DNA of 64,000 nucleotides from assembly GCA_951406725.2 (NCBI GenBank), contig OX597824.1:32798001-32862000 (forward strand). The letters run 5' to 3'. Position numbers and translations under genes: made by a program. Shown here piece by piece: positions 27,154 through 40,610 of the stretch. Below the pieces are notes generated by a model that made no database searches, was not told the DNA's origin, and saw only the letters and a program-made list of their open reading frames with translations. The stretch comes from Octopus vulgaris. Lineage: Eukaryota. The number at the start of each line of letters is the position of its first letter. Position 1 is the first letter of the stretch.

Positions 27154-28097
27154 CATACATACATACATACATACATACATACATACATACATGCATGCAT
27201 GCACGCATACAGCAATAGGTTACTCTATACATTTTGGCAAAACAAGAAATCGGAACCACGTAAAGTAGGTCGCGGAAACCCTAAGAAAAAATTCAATGGA
27301 CTTTTGAATTCAATCAAGATCTGTATAAATTCTACAAAGTAAGTCTAGGGAAGATTCCTCAATCGGTTGCCTGAAAAAGATGAAGTACAGGGGTGTAAAA
27401 TACCCCTGCTACTCAGATTTTGGTGCCAAACAGATACAAGTTAGCTTTTAAGAGCAACAAACCGATAGTAGATTCTCTCCTGAGAAGTACGTGAACCGAC
27501 TGATGCGACAACAATAAAAACAACAATACTAAGACAATACTAAGAGAGTGGGCGCATAGCCACTGGAGATAGACAGGCAGAAATCTCTGCCAGTGTTGAT
27601 GTTCAGCCAATGCTACTGTGTAATGGCGCCAAAAGAAGCTGGTCTGAATCGGGTTCCCGTTCATATAGTTTTCTCCATCGCGAGCCTCGTTGTGATCTCG
27701 CACATGGCAAATGGATGCAGGTGAGGACTTGCTCCAGTCTTGGAGATGGCAATGGCTGCCGCGAGATCTCATCCAATATAGCGCTGGCTGTTTGTGCAGC
27801 TACAAAGACATGGACGGACTATTGGCGAAGTGTTTGAAAACACATTCAGCATTATATTTATTATTACTGGAGCAGCAAGATATGTGCTAACTTGTGTGGA
27901 GCAGCGTATGGCTAAGCTTGGATTCTTGGAGAAAGAAAAGGAACGTAACTCCATAATTCATATGCAACACATGTTTACGACAATTAAGGCCTCAGTAAAA
28001 TTTAAAGGTTTTGGTTGTTCAATGAATAAGGAAAACAAAACAACACAAACACACACGCGAGCGCTTATACATGTGTTTGTGTGTATGTGTATGTGTG

Positions 28098-28136
<39 letters not shown>

Positions 28137-29514
28137 GTGTGTGTCTTTGTGTGTGAGTGAGTATCGTGTACACCAGTTATACTAGTCATGTAATGCACGT
28201 CCATTTACTAATTTATTATTAAATCAAAAATAAATTAAAAACATTAATCTCGGTGCATTGAAAAGTTGTCAAAACCATTGAAAATTGAATGAATTGATTT
28301 GTTTGAGGGAAGAACCAAGGAAACAACGTTTCTACCTATATAAAAGAAGAAAAATACTTGCACACTTTGGCTTTGGTAAGGATTCAATGGCACTAGACGT
28401 GTTAGGATCGAGCTGAAAATTAGCAGGGGTACTAAATGCGTGGTGACGATCCGACCTGCGACGGTTAAAATTTGCAAGCTATAAAGATGTGGTCTATGCT
28501 ATAAATCAACAATGTTCTGACATCTCAGATTACAGGACTGAGGTGGGCCGGAAGTATAGGGTTAGTAACGTCATGTGAACAGCCGAAGAGCCTTGCCAGA
28601 AGGTGAGGAGAGAGAGAGTGAGGTCATTTGAACGGATTGATGACTAGCGTTGGCCTCTTTTACTTTGGGACTGTCACTCGAGACGAATGTGATGGACGCA
28701 TGAGTTGAAGGAAATGCCATTAGGTTCTGGCCAGAGGTTAAGCGGGTAGGGTTCCTACGGATATATCCCGGGTGGAAAGACTCGACGCTACGAGGGGACC
28801 CTCAAGGTAGATGAATTATGCTTTTTTCCCCATGTCACACAAATGTAAAAAATAAGTACAGCATTTGTTTGACCATAGTGACGTAATTTCTCATCCCATA
28901 AAAATAATGATGAAAGGCATGCTATATCAAAAATGCATGTAGCTCCTTCTTAGTTTGTACTTGGTGTTGTTAAATTGCCAATTGACTCATAAGTGTATTG
29001 ATGAATGTCCATAAGCGATGACTGATTGACCTCGAAGGAATCACGCGGAAAGCACTAAAAGTAAAAATGGGGCAATTTAACTACTTCCACAAATCACATT
29101 CTTAGTTTTATTAATTATCGCAGACTTGTGTTCTTGAGCAAAACACTTCATTTCACGTTGCTCCAGTCCACTCAGCTGGCATAAATGAATAACGCTGCGA
29201 TGGACTGGTGTCCCGTCCAGCTGGGAACAGATACGCCATTGAAACCAGGAAACTGGGCCCCTTGAGCCTGGCTAGGCTTTAAGAGGGCGCATTTATTTAT
29301 TTTTATTATAATAACACAAAAGTTTTGTAGACCATAGAAGCCAGTTTACACGGTAAACCCAAAGATCTATTTTCTGTTTGAAATTTAATTTCAAAAAAGA
29401 AAACGTTGCTACATTTTCTTTCGTTGCTATAATTAACCAATTAAACTACGTTGATTATCTTCCGTTTCATTCAAATTTGACTTTTAGTTAATTCCCTCTC
29501 AATTTACGGAAACG

Positions 29515-29572
<58 letters not shown>

Positions 29573-29928
29573 ACACACACACTCACACACTCACACACTC
29601 ACACACACACATGCACGCATGCAATACATCTGTGTGCGTATTTGTTTTTCAATTTTGTTTTCTTTTAACTTTCGAATTATTTGTGCTAAAAATGACTAAA
29701 ATGTTTCTTGCGGAAGAACTTTTCAAAATCGTTTCCCAAAATGATGGCAAACCAGCTCTGATTGAAGCTCCTAAACATATTTTGACAGCAGCATTGACAG
29801 CTTATATCCGTAATCTTGTGATTAGCGTGTTCTTTCTGATTTTGTTAATCCCTATGTGTATGTATATGTCTGTGTGTATGTATGTACGTACCTACGTATA
29901 TACATATATGTAAGGTAAATATACATTG

Positions 29929-32190
29929 CACTGGTCAACAGCCAATTTTCATAAGGGATATTATATGGTTTTTATATGTAGTTTTGTTTGCAGATTTCAA
30001 AAATGTAATCGGTTTCCTTCTATCAGGCACAGTTTTTCTGATAAGATAAGAGAGGTTTATAACTCCCATCAGCAGTATCGCTAAGCGTAAACGTCTTATA
30101 CAGGTAAATTCTGACTTCTGTTTTATAACTATTTGTATTCATTTTGTAATTTTATGTTTTCATAATCTTCTCTTTTCATAAATTTTACTTTCTGTTTAAG
30201 GTGTCAAGTCATCATCATCATCAAATTCTACTCAGGATCTCAAGGCATTGCAAGAACAGTCCTAATATATTTTGTCATGTCTGTGGTTCATTTACCACCA
30301 AAGCTCAGCAGCGTCCTAGCACAAGGGAAATCAAGAAGATTTACCAGTTATACTTAGCCTGCTCTCTTGGGGATCAAGATAAGAGTTGGGCCCCGCAAAT
30401 CATCTGCTCAGCTTGTTCAAATGGACTAAGGGATTGGCTAAATAAGAGGAAGAGAACAATGCCGTTTGCAATACCTATGATATGGAGAGAGCCAAAGGAT
30501 CATTTCATGGACTGTTATTTCTACAACGTTAATGTATATGGGTTTACTGTAAAGACCAAGCATAAGATTGTGTATCCCAGCTTGGAATCAGCAAGAAGAC
30601 CAGTACCACACAACGATGATGATCTTCCTATTCCAATACCACCAGAAAATGGCCTTCAGATGTATGACGAAGATGTATTTTCTCAAGAAAATACTACTGC
30701 TGTGGAAGACACCGAAGTGGATGCAGATTTCCTGATTGAAAATGAAGACGTACCACAGAAATTTTCTCAAGGAGACTTAAATGATTTAGTTAGAGACTTG
30801 TCATTGTCGAAGGATAAAGCTGAACTATTAACATCACGCCTACAAGAAAAGTGTCTGCTTAAGAAAGATGTTTGTATTACTCATTTCAGGAAGAGAAATA
30901 GGAATGTGAGTTCATGCTTCTCTGTTGATGGACCACTTTGTTTCAGTAATAACATTGATGAGTTATTTTGCTGTTTGTTCCAAGAGTATGTTCCAGCTGA
31001 ATGGCGCTTATTCATTGATTCATCTAAGAGAGGCCTGAAGGCAGTACTACTACACAATAAGAAACCATCCATTTCCATATGACATTCAGTGCACATGAAG
31101 GAGTGTTATGAAAACATGCAAGTACTCCTCAATGTCATAAAGTATACAAACTACAGCTGGAAAATATGTGGTGATTTGAAGATGATTGGAATGTTGATGG
31201 GAATGCAATCTGGGTTTACGAAAAATTGTTGCTTTTTATGCCTATGGAACAGTCGTGCAGCTGACAAGCACTATGTGCAATTAGGGTGGCCTTTGCGAAA
31301 ATCATATGAGCCGGGAGTTTCTAGCGACCAGAGTAAGCTACTTTTAAACTCAGAAAAATATTCTTCTTCCCCCTCTTCACATAAAGCTTGGTCTCATGAA
31401 ACAATTCGTGAAGACACTTGCCAGGAAAAGCTCAAAAGGTTTTCAATATGTGAAGGCCAAATTTCCAAAAATCACCGAGGCAAAACTGAAGGAGGGCATA
31501 TTCATAGGTCCGCAGATAAAAGAACTCCTGAAGGACAACCACTTCCTCACAGCACTGGATGAGATTGAATTTAAAGCCTGGGAATCCTTCAAATGGCTCT
31601 GTGAAAATTTTCCAGGCAACAGGAGGTCTCTAGAGTTTAGAAATGGAGTGAAATGTCTTCTAGACTCCTACGGTGTAATAGGCTGTCGGATGTCATTAAA
31701 AGTTCATTTCCTTGATTCACATCTGAACTTTTTTGCAGAGAACCTTGGAACAGTATCTGATGAGCAAGAGGAACGTTTTCATCAAGATATTGCATTGATG
31801 GAGCAACGATATCAAGGATTTTGGAATGCAGGAATGTTAGCTGAATACTGTTGGATGTTATACAGGGATGAATCTGAGACAAAACACCATAGAAAGTTCA
31901 AATCCCAAAGATTTAAAGTTGTTTTTGAGTGTATTCTAACTTATTTGTACACAATAATTATAATTTTGTACAATAAAAAGCCATGAAATTATCGTATCTT
32001 GTATTCACTATACTTTATATAGACATGCTTTACGTATCCTATAAGTTAAAACAGCAGGTATCATTAACATGAAAATGTGACCTGATAAAGGAAATCGGAC
32101 TTCAGATTCGTAATCAGCATCAAAAATTAACCCTGAAAAGTCAATCAGCAACTCTGATGATTAAAAAAAGTTTCATTTTGTTGACCAGTG
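29929..32190 (+). mobile_element. near full-length DNA transposon, Chapaev3 (CMC)-type
   Basis: TIRs CACTGGTCAACA / TGTTGACCAGTG; imperfect subterminal IRs; flanks TTG/TTA compatible with a TWA TSD. Confidence 0.8.
30201..31986 (+). pseudogene. disrupted Chapaev3-type transposase
   Basis: motifs FCHVCG, GDQDKSWAP, WREP.DH..DCYF, WRLFIDSS, GDLKM, LHIKLGLMKQFVK, SDEQ.ERFHQDI; stop at 31080-31082 and frameshift near 31355. Confidence 0.8.
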
Positions 32191-32435
32191 TTATAGTCAC
32201 ATGACTCCCATAAGATTACAGCCGTTTCGTGACCCTTTTCATGTAGTATTAATTACAGTATGGAAGAAATTATGTGTACATGTCTGCATTAATATGTAAG
32301 CTCGGCATTGTACAATGTGTGTGAGTGTATGTGTGTGTGTTTGTGTGTGTGTATGTATGTATGTATGTATGTATGCAAGCATGTATGTATTTACGTATGC
32401 ATGTATGTATGTATGTATTATGTATGTATGTATGA

Positions 32436-32495
<60 letters not shown>

Positions 32496-34199
32496 TGATG
32501 TAAGGCTACTTTTAGTGCTACTGGCAACATGTAACCTAGTACAATGTGTTGCACAGCCGAGCCGTCAGTGACTAAACCAGAAACTCTACCAAGCCTGCTT
32601 AATAAAGAGGGTGGATTTCGTTGGACACCCTAAAAGAAGAAAACCAAAACGAATCAAGCATCAGATGAACTCGGTAGAGTAAGCGGGCATCCAATAGCTT
32701 AAGGTGAGGAACCCCTAGTCTTTTTAGACATTTCTCTAGAAGAAGGAAAAATCCGATGCAACACTTGTGGCTCTGTCAGCATCCAGTGATGTATAGTTCT
32801 TGTTTGTGGTCAAATAGATACGTTGTTTAGAGATTAGGGTTGGCCCTGTACAAGGCTTTTCCTCACTTTAAAAAAGCTTCAGGCATCGCTTGATATTTTA
32901 ATGTCTCTATTATGAGCTGTATACAATGCCTCACCGTAGCCAAAAAGAACAAATCGCTCAAGGAAAAATTATATGATGGAATGAAGGCGTGTGTCTGCGT
33001 GGGTGGTAAGCTCTCTAAACACCTGTTGCAAAGGACGCTCATCGTTGCAACGTCTGTAGACAAAGCGTCAGTCTTTAACAGGACGGAAAAGCCACATCCG
33101 TGCTGCTTTAAGAGAACAATCAATCGATGGCATTGCTCAAAATCGAGTTGCAACCATCTCATGTATGTATGGACGTGTGTATGTGTGTGTGTGTATGTGT
33201 GTGTAGGTACATGAAGCCCAGTTACAAGTACAGCTGGCCACTGCCGGTAAAAGTTTTAGCTGCCAATTCTGTACAAGACATTGTAGATCTTTAGCTAGGC
33301 TAAAAAGTCACATTCGATCACAGCACCAATAACAGTTAAGCTTAGTGCAATGGCCATACTCGATAACGAGGGGGCAGCCATCATGTGTGTGTAGGTGTGT
33401 GTTTCAACATGGTTAGGATCCTAATTATCTAAAAGAGGATTAATTGACTTAAATATTGATACAGATGTTAGTGTAGAACACAACTTGAGTAACCTTTATT
33501 GAAATTTAGTAAGGGTTTTCATAATGGGGAAACGAAATTCTTAAAATTTCCTTTCCATTTCAAATTGATGCTAAAGTTTACTTTTTGGTACTATTTTAAA
33601 AGTAACGGCCAAGTCCGAGTGACCGATGATCTGTCCAGTAATGGTGTGGGGTTAGTTTAGGTTACCACGAGAAAATATTTTTGCGGAAAATAACAATATT
33701 TAACTGCATCATACGTTTGAACTAATGGTCTGGCCTGAATATATTAGGAGGAAATATTCCGCCATGAGCCTTCTTTATACCTTCCAGTGCTTAGTTTATT
33801 ATTATTGGTAGTGAAGTACTGAAGTACGCTCTACCTGGAATAAATGTCAAAGACAAGATTTTGATGAATATTTCATGAAAATCCCCCCCCCCCCCAAAGA
33901 ATTCAACATAATTTGGAAAGGGCAGCAACCACAGATATTGTCCAAAATCAGTATCTCACAATGACAATGAAAGGTACATGAAGGAGAAGCAAAGAAATTA
34001 TATATAAAACGTGTCTATTATAGTATCAAGACCTAGAAACCTGGCACAACTTTTTTAAAAATTCGGATAAGAAGCTGTTTTCATAATTTCCAATCAAAAC
34101 TATGGAAGCAGAGTTCAAAAATGATAAATCTGTCAATATTACATCAAGGAGTCAACAATCCAATGAAGCAAAATTAACAACAATGCAATAATGAGGAGG

Positions 34200-34800
34200 T
34201 TTATAATAATTCGTCTTCAGTTACTCCTGTTTTGTGCTGTGCGATATCCATCCCTTTGAATGTTTCGCACTAGAGACAGATGGTAAAGCGTAAATTTTGC
34301 GTAATTTCCACCACTTCATCACAGAAAATCCATAAACAGGAAACCTGGATATCATTAAAAACTGTAAAAAGAAATCACAATGATCTCCCTCAATTGCATT
34401 GGCTCTGCCTAAGGAGAAACACTTTGCATAACACTAGCTCCCTTTTATACGTCATACATCATATTTTTATGCCTTGTGTAAGAATCCATATTTGTTGCTA
34501 GCATCTCATAGGGTATATCATTACTGCTGAGAGAAATTGAGATATTGCTTGTCTACGGGCTGTACTCCAAAGTATGTTGCATATATCGACCATGCTAATA
34601 TCGACCATCTAACAATGAAAAGGTTGTGTCACAAGATCAAGGAACTGATGAGAATATTCTCAACAGTCGATGTCTTGGATCAACATCTCAAAAGGAGCAT
34701 CTTTCAAGCTTACATTACAGTTCAAGTACCGATGATATCTGTACACGATACTTGCAATCATGTATGGATTCAGACAGTCAAAAATCTCATTTAAGATTAA
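34200..34800 (+). pseudogene. highly degraded transposase-like relic
   Basis: STVDVLDQHLKRSIFQAYI resembles the LPPT.D.L.QH.KR..YQ..IW C-terminal motif of invertebrate transposon proteins; family not assignable. Confidence 0.3.
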
Positions 34801-35058
34801 CTTACGTTTCCCCTAACAATTCTCTTTACCCATCACCTTACACACAAAGACTAAATCTTGATGTAAAATTTTCTGGCACGAAACATCCTTTGGCTCAATT
34901 GTAAAGAGAAAATAAAATTCAGTTACAATCATTCGTGTAATTGCTTAACAAACGTTTCCAAGTTAACTGATATTAGTTAATCTATATGTGCACCATAATT
35001 TTTTAAACATTCTCAATATTTTATAAAACGATTGAATGCATTTAATTATCTCCTTAAA

Positions 35059-35214
35059 GAAGAAGAAGAAGAAGAAGAAGAAGAAGAAGAAGAAGAAGAA
35101 GAAGAAGAAGAAGAAGAAGAAGAAGAAGAAGAAGAAGAAGAAGAAGAAGAAGAAGAAGAAGAAGAAGAAGAAGAAGAAGAAGAAGAAGAAGAAGAAGAAG
35201 AAGAAGAAGAAGAA
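35059..35214 (+). repeat. perfect (GAA)52 microsatellite
   Basis: 156 bp of uninterrupted GAA. Confidence 0.95.
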
Positions 35215-35418
35215 TGCATGATAGAAGGGCTATAATTCATCCTGGAAAATAACTACTTCGTTTTCAAAGACAATTTCTATCGACAATAATCGGGGACTGC
35301 GATGGGTACGAGAATGGCCCCCTCCTTTGCTAACTTAGTCATGGGATATCTAGAAATTAGTCTTTATCATAAGGTTCTAGAAAAATACGGCAGCCCATTC
35401 TCCCTCTACATAGAGTAA
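35215..35418 (+). mobile_element. Penelope-like element (Neptune-type) reverse transcriptase fragment
   Basis: IEGL*FILENNYFVFKDNFYRQ*SGTAMGTRMAPSFANLVMGYLE matches the PLE RT motif F.F....Y.Q..G.AMG...AP..AN..M..LE. Confidence 0.85.
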
Positions 35419-35536
35419 ACAAGAGAGACAGAGACAGGCAGAAACAAAGAAAATGCCCCTTGTATTTGAATACTATACAAATATTCTTTTAAATACTTTT
35501 CTTTTCATTTTTCCAAAATTTAATTGTTTTCCATAG

Positions 35537-35578
35537 TTACAGTTGAAAAAGTCTCAATGACTGAAACCGGTACTGAAA
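35537..35578 (+). ncRNA. minimal hammerhead ribozyme with U3-A8 core variant, in a PLE terminal repeat
   Basis: CAG-UUGAAAA-AGUC ucaau GACU-GAAA-CCGG-UA-CUG; palindromic ACCGGU; about 120 bp downstream of the PLE RT fragment. Confidence 0.65.
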
Positions 35579-35681
35579 TGTTTTTTTATAAAATTATTTT
35601 AGTATTTTCTACCTTGACTTTTTTCATATATATCAACTCGTGTGGTCCTTATGTATGTATGTATGTATGCATATATGTATG

Positions 35682-35715
<34 letters not shown>

Positions 35716-35804
35716 TGTATGTATGTATGTATTATGTATGTATACATGTATGTATGTGTGTATGTATGTATGTATGTATGTATGTATGTATGTATGTATG
35801 TATG

Positions 35805-35841
<37 letters not shown>

Positions 35842-36572
35842 TCACTATTAATAGAGAAACTGTTTAAAATGAAACTATTATCTCACATTACAATAGAGAT
35901 GTTATTGTTTCACTTTAGACATGTAATACCAAAACAATGTAAGAGATTGCTCTGGGCTCGTAATTAGGCAAGAAGATGAAAATATTTTGGCCTACAACAC
36001 TCCATGGACCCTAAGTAGTGCATGTGTAAAATTTGAATGAAATCGGTTGGATGGTTCTCGAGTTTTAGTGATGCACACATACAGGTAGGCAGACAGACAC
36101 ACACACATTCTCAGTTTCATATCTATAGATATTACATAAAATTTGTTTGATATTCCATTTTATGACTTCTTTCCTTGGTTCCTAAGTATCTGAAAATTAC
36201 CTCTAAATAATTTCTTAATTATTTCTAAAATAACCCGAAGTTAAGTGATTTACATTGATTTCATTAATACAATACATTATAGAAATAAAACCTTTATAAA
36301 TACAATTGTAGATCGCTATTTGGATCGTTATTTGATAGCAAATGGATTGGAATATGTTCAGATTGAACCATCAACAGAATCGTTGTCACTTTCGAGGATT
36401 CGGAATAACGCGTCTCTAAACAAATTTCCATATATTGTCTACTAGTAGATCCTTACCTTTCCTGTGGTACTGAAACGTAAACTTTTTTTTTTAAATCTAT
36501 TTCACATAACCGATGCTGGGACACTCTACAACAGTAAAAGTAGATAAATAATTGTGTTACCTCTGAAATGCT

Positions 36573-36836
36573 TCATTCCGAATGGTAAATAGGTTTCTGA
36601 TGATCGATGTAGATGTGATGGGAACTGTAATTACCCCTTACAGGATGCCACAAGAATATATAATAAGCCATTAAAAAGACGGCAGTACCAAGTATCAGAG
36701 AAACATAAATTGAAATCATAACCATTTTAAATGCCAAATATTTATATTTCATAATCATGTGATCCCTTTTGTCAGGTTCCACTTCATCTTCATAACCAGT
36801 ACCCGCGTATTTTATCCTGTTTGTATTAGTCGACAT
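36573..36836 (-). CDS. 87-aa single-pass membrane microprotein, InaF-motif-like
   Basis: K.......Y......A..L..YY.F.W.P pattern of the InaF motif (Pfam PF15018); ORF intact in both duplicates; AAAATG context. Confidence 0.7.
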   Translation of the reverse strand: MSTNTNRIKYAGTGYEDEVEPDKRDHMIMKYKYLAFKMVMISIYVSLILGTAVFLMAYYIFLWHPVRGNYSSHHIYIDHQKPIYHSE

Positions 36837-37599
36837 TTTAATATCCTTCCTTGTAATTCGGAATAATAGAATAGAGAATACGCAAGAAATAATTCCACAC
36901 AGTTCCTGTTTCAGCTATGTCCGTTCAGTAATGAATGAAAATACTGGACACTCTTAATATATTCTCATAGTTTTTAAACTGCTTGAATCTTAAGTACTTT
37001 CCCCTCTAAATCTCATTCGCTTCTTTCTTTATTTCTGTTCTTTCTTGGTTTATACGTCATCTCTTTCGTTTTTTAAACGAAATTCACTGACCTATCACAT
37101 TTTCACTCTCGTTTTACCTGTCTTGTTAATCCGAGTCTTGAGGCCTGAAACAGATTGACCTTTCACATTTACACCTTTTATTTAATATCTAATATTTTTT
37201 TCATCGCATTTTATCCTCTTAAATAAACAATACTTTATCTTTTGACACATACAAATGCCTACTTTAACATCCAAGAGTAAGTTTATTGTTTGGTTCTATC
37301 AGGTGAAAAGCCAAAGTTTCTTCAGATTCCTTCCATGAGGGTTGAGCAACAGCTGGTACAGCTGCGTCACACAAATATTCGAACTCTTAGGGAAGGAATT
37401 ATTCTTGATATTCAGTGGGTGCTCCATGCTCATAAAAATGACGTGAATAGTTTACGTATTACCTGGGTAAGGTAAACCAATGCAGCCGTTAATCGTTAAT
37501 ACTGACAGAACTCCAGCGGAACAGTATGAACGACACTTTTATTCTTGAAAAACAACATGAGAAATTAATTTGCATACTTTTAGGCTAATCTTTTCTACT

Positions 37600-38168
37600 C
37601 TAGGCACAAGGCCGAAATTTTGTGGGAGGGAGCCAATCGATTAGATCGACCCAAGTACGCAACTGGTACTTAATCTATCGACCCCGAGAGGATGAAATGC
37701 AAAGTCGACCTCGGCGGAATTTGAACTCAGAACGTAAAGACAGACGAAATACCTATTTCTTTACTACCCACAAGGGGCTAAACACAGAGAGGACAAACAA
37801 GGACAGACAAACGGATTAAGTCGATTATATCGATTCCAGTGCATAACTGGTACTTATTTAATCGACTCCGAAAGGATGAAAGGCAAAGTCGACCTCGACG
37901 GAATTTGAACTCAGAACGTAGCGGCAGACGAAATACCTATTTCTTTATTACCCACAAGGGGCTAAACACAGAGGGGACAAACAAGGACAGACATAGGTAT
38001 TAAGTCGATTACATCGACCCCAATGCGTAACTGGTACTTAATTTATCGACCCCGAAAGGATGAAAGGCAAAGTCGACCTCGGCGGAATTTGAACTCACAA
38101 CGTAACGCAGACGAAATACCGCTAAGCATTTCGCCCGGCGTGCTAACGTTTCTGCCAGCTCGCCACCT
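37600..38168 (-). mobile_element. family A SINE, one head plus three bodies (~184-bp period)
   Basis: CAGACGAAATAC recurs at 37741, 37925 and 38108. Confidence 0.85.
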
Positions 38169-38648
38169 TATACCTTTAGACTAATAAGGTCTATGATTGA
38201 TGCCTTGCAGAAACTTCTCGTGTTCTAAAATGTGAGGATGGATATCACTGTGAACACCAGACATGGTCAAAAAACAATGCCTAGCAATGATCTCAATACC
38301 TTCAGAATTATGGTCGCACAGGACGATAGTCATACTCTGAGATACAATCAGCTCTTCGTCATTATTCAGTTTATTTTAAGAGTTCTTGCCAATAGAGAAA
38401 GGACCGGTTTCTAATATCAACAACAGGGTATGTATGTATGTATGTATGTATGTATGTATGTATGTATGTATGTATGTATGTATGTATGCATGCATGCATG
38501 CATCCATACATGCATGTATGTGTGTGTGTAAGAATTATGTATGCATTATCATGCATATAGTTGCATATCTTGACATGCTGATATATATTTAAATGATAAA
38601 CTTCTGGAAAGCTTTACAGATTTTTACAGTTCTAGTGATGGATTGTCT

Positions 38649-38719
<71 letters not shown>

Positions 38720-38720
<1 letters not shown>

Positions 38721-39620
38721 GACAATTTGAAAGGTCGTTATGCATCAAAGTTTTGTGTTAAGCTGGGCAGAAACGCTACAAAAACCATATGAAAAACTCT
38801 AGATTGCTTATAGATTAACTTGTAGGAGCTGAGCATCGTTTTTCACAGACATAAGAGGCCAAGCAAAGCAAGTCCTCCGGAAAGCTCATGATGATTCCCT
38901 TTTTCCTTAGCAAGGAAATCATCTAAATCTACTTGGTTCCCTTTGATCAGATGATCAACAAAAAGTACTTTGTAGTGGTGTTGAATGAGTTCAGGAAGAA
39001 ATTTCGTCGCAAAAGACCTGAGCAGCTGCACTAGAACAATGCATCAGTCAATAATTCCATCCTAGTAACCTATTTCTTTATTACCCACAAGGGGCTAAAC
39101 ACAGAGGGGACAAACAAGGACAGACATAGGTATTAAGTCGATTACATCGACCCCAGTGCGTAACTGGTACTTAATTTATCGACCCCGAAAGGATGAAAAG
39201 GCAAAGTCGACCTCGGCGGAATTTGAACTCACAACGTAACGCAGACGAAATACCGCTAAGCATTTCGCTCGGCGTGCTAACGTTTCTGCCAGCTCGCCGC
39301 CTGTAACCAACTACTTGACAGAGATTTCACTACACTCCAGATTTTCTCTCAGTGACTTTTGGTTGTTCCTCGAGTTGAAGGAGAACCTCGGGGGCAGTCA
39401 TTTTGAAGACATTGAGAAATACGTAGGAGGCTGTGACAAGAGTCCTGGATACCTTCACTGTAGAGGACTCCCGTGGGGTCTTCATGAAGTGGCTGGAACG
39501 CTACAACAAGTGTATTGAAGTCAGTGAATTATACTTCGAAGAACACTAGAGTTTTGTACTTCTTTGAAATTAATAAATGTCGCTTCTGAGAAAGTCTCAG
39601 AACTTCTGGAATGATATGCG
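38720..39620 (+). mobile_element. degenerate mariner transposase relic with a family A SINE insertion (39071-39302)
   Basis: SDFWLFLELKENLGGSHFEDIE and KWLERYNKCIEV...YFE; SINE TSD GTAACC. Confidence 0.7.
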
Positions 39621-39894
39621 TATAGAAACCCTGCTACATTGGTTGATTATTAACAAAATATTTGGGTGAATAAACATTGATCAGAGCCTAAGTAATGCAT
39701 GGTGTGTTTTAATAAGTGTATATTAAATATATTTAATACGTGTTATGACAATGCATTTATTAAATATCAATTTCATTTTTTTTTTTAATGCTATTTTGGA
39801 GGGTACATATAAACTAGTATATACCTATACGTATGTTTTTGTCCGTGTATGTATGTATGTCCGCATGTAAGTATATATATTTACATACACACAC

Positions 39895-39967
<73 letters not shown>

Positions 39968-40342
39968 GAGTTTCACGCCACTGCGACCTCCAGGTGAAAC
40001 CGCGATCTTCAGGGTTCCTCCTGAAGATTGCAGTAGCATGAAATTCGAGTTGCAAGACCAGCACGTGTGTGTGTGTGTGTGTGTGTGTTTTGCAGAATCC
40101 TAATAATCACAAGCAAACAGATATAATTGGCTTGAATAAACATGCAGAACCAGTTTTATGACGTAACTTGGTAAATTTTATTGAAATTTATTAATGATGT
40201 TTATGGTAAGTGCCAAAATACAAAATCTTATTTTCATCCCAAATTGATGATAGAGTTTGCTTTTCAATATCATATTAAAAGTTAAGATACGGATTAGAAG
40301 CGCTAAGCAATGATGTACACAAATATAGACTTGTTACTTGGG

Positions 40343-40610
40343 TCAAATATGTTTGAGACATTCGAACACGTCTGAAAGCTGTTCATTATATTTTGTCATG
40401 ACGGAAATTCTCACTGCAGCCAAATAGGTATAAATGAGTTCGGACCATTCAGTTCGGAGCGCTCTTGAAGAGGAGATAACTTCTCCTAAATGCATACATT
40501 CATTAATCTGAGTAGAGGGCGCTCCGAACTGACATGGAGAATTCTTCTCCGTTGACAAAATGTAATGAATGATTTTCTTACGGATTTGAATATGCCTCGA
40601 GCATATTTGA
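40343..40610. repeat. imperfect palindromic (foldback/MITE-like) element
   Basis: TCAAATATGTTTGAG / CTCGAGCATATTTGA and CAGTTCGGAGCGC / GCGCTCCGAACTG. Confidence 0.65.

Noticed and set aside
27413-27954. overlapping ORFs of 119, 75 and 61 aa in GC-richer sequence
   Set aside because: no recognisable motif or splice structure; probably an old retroelement fragment
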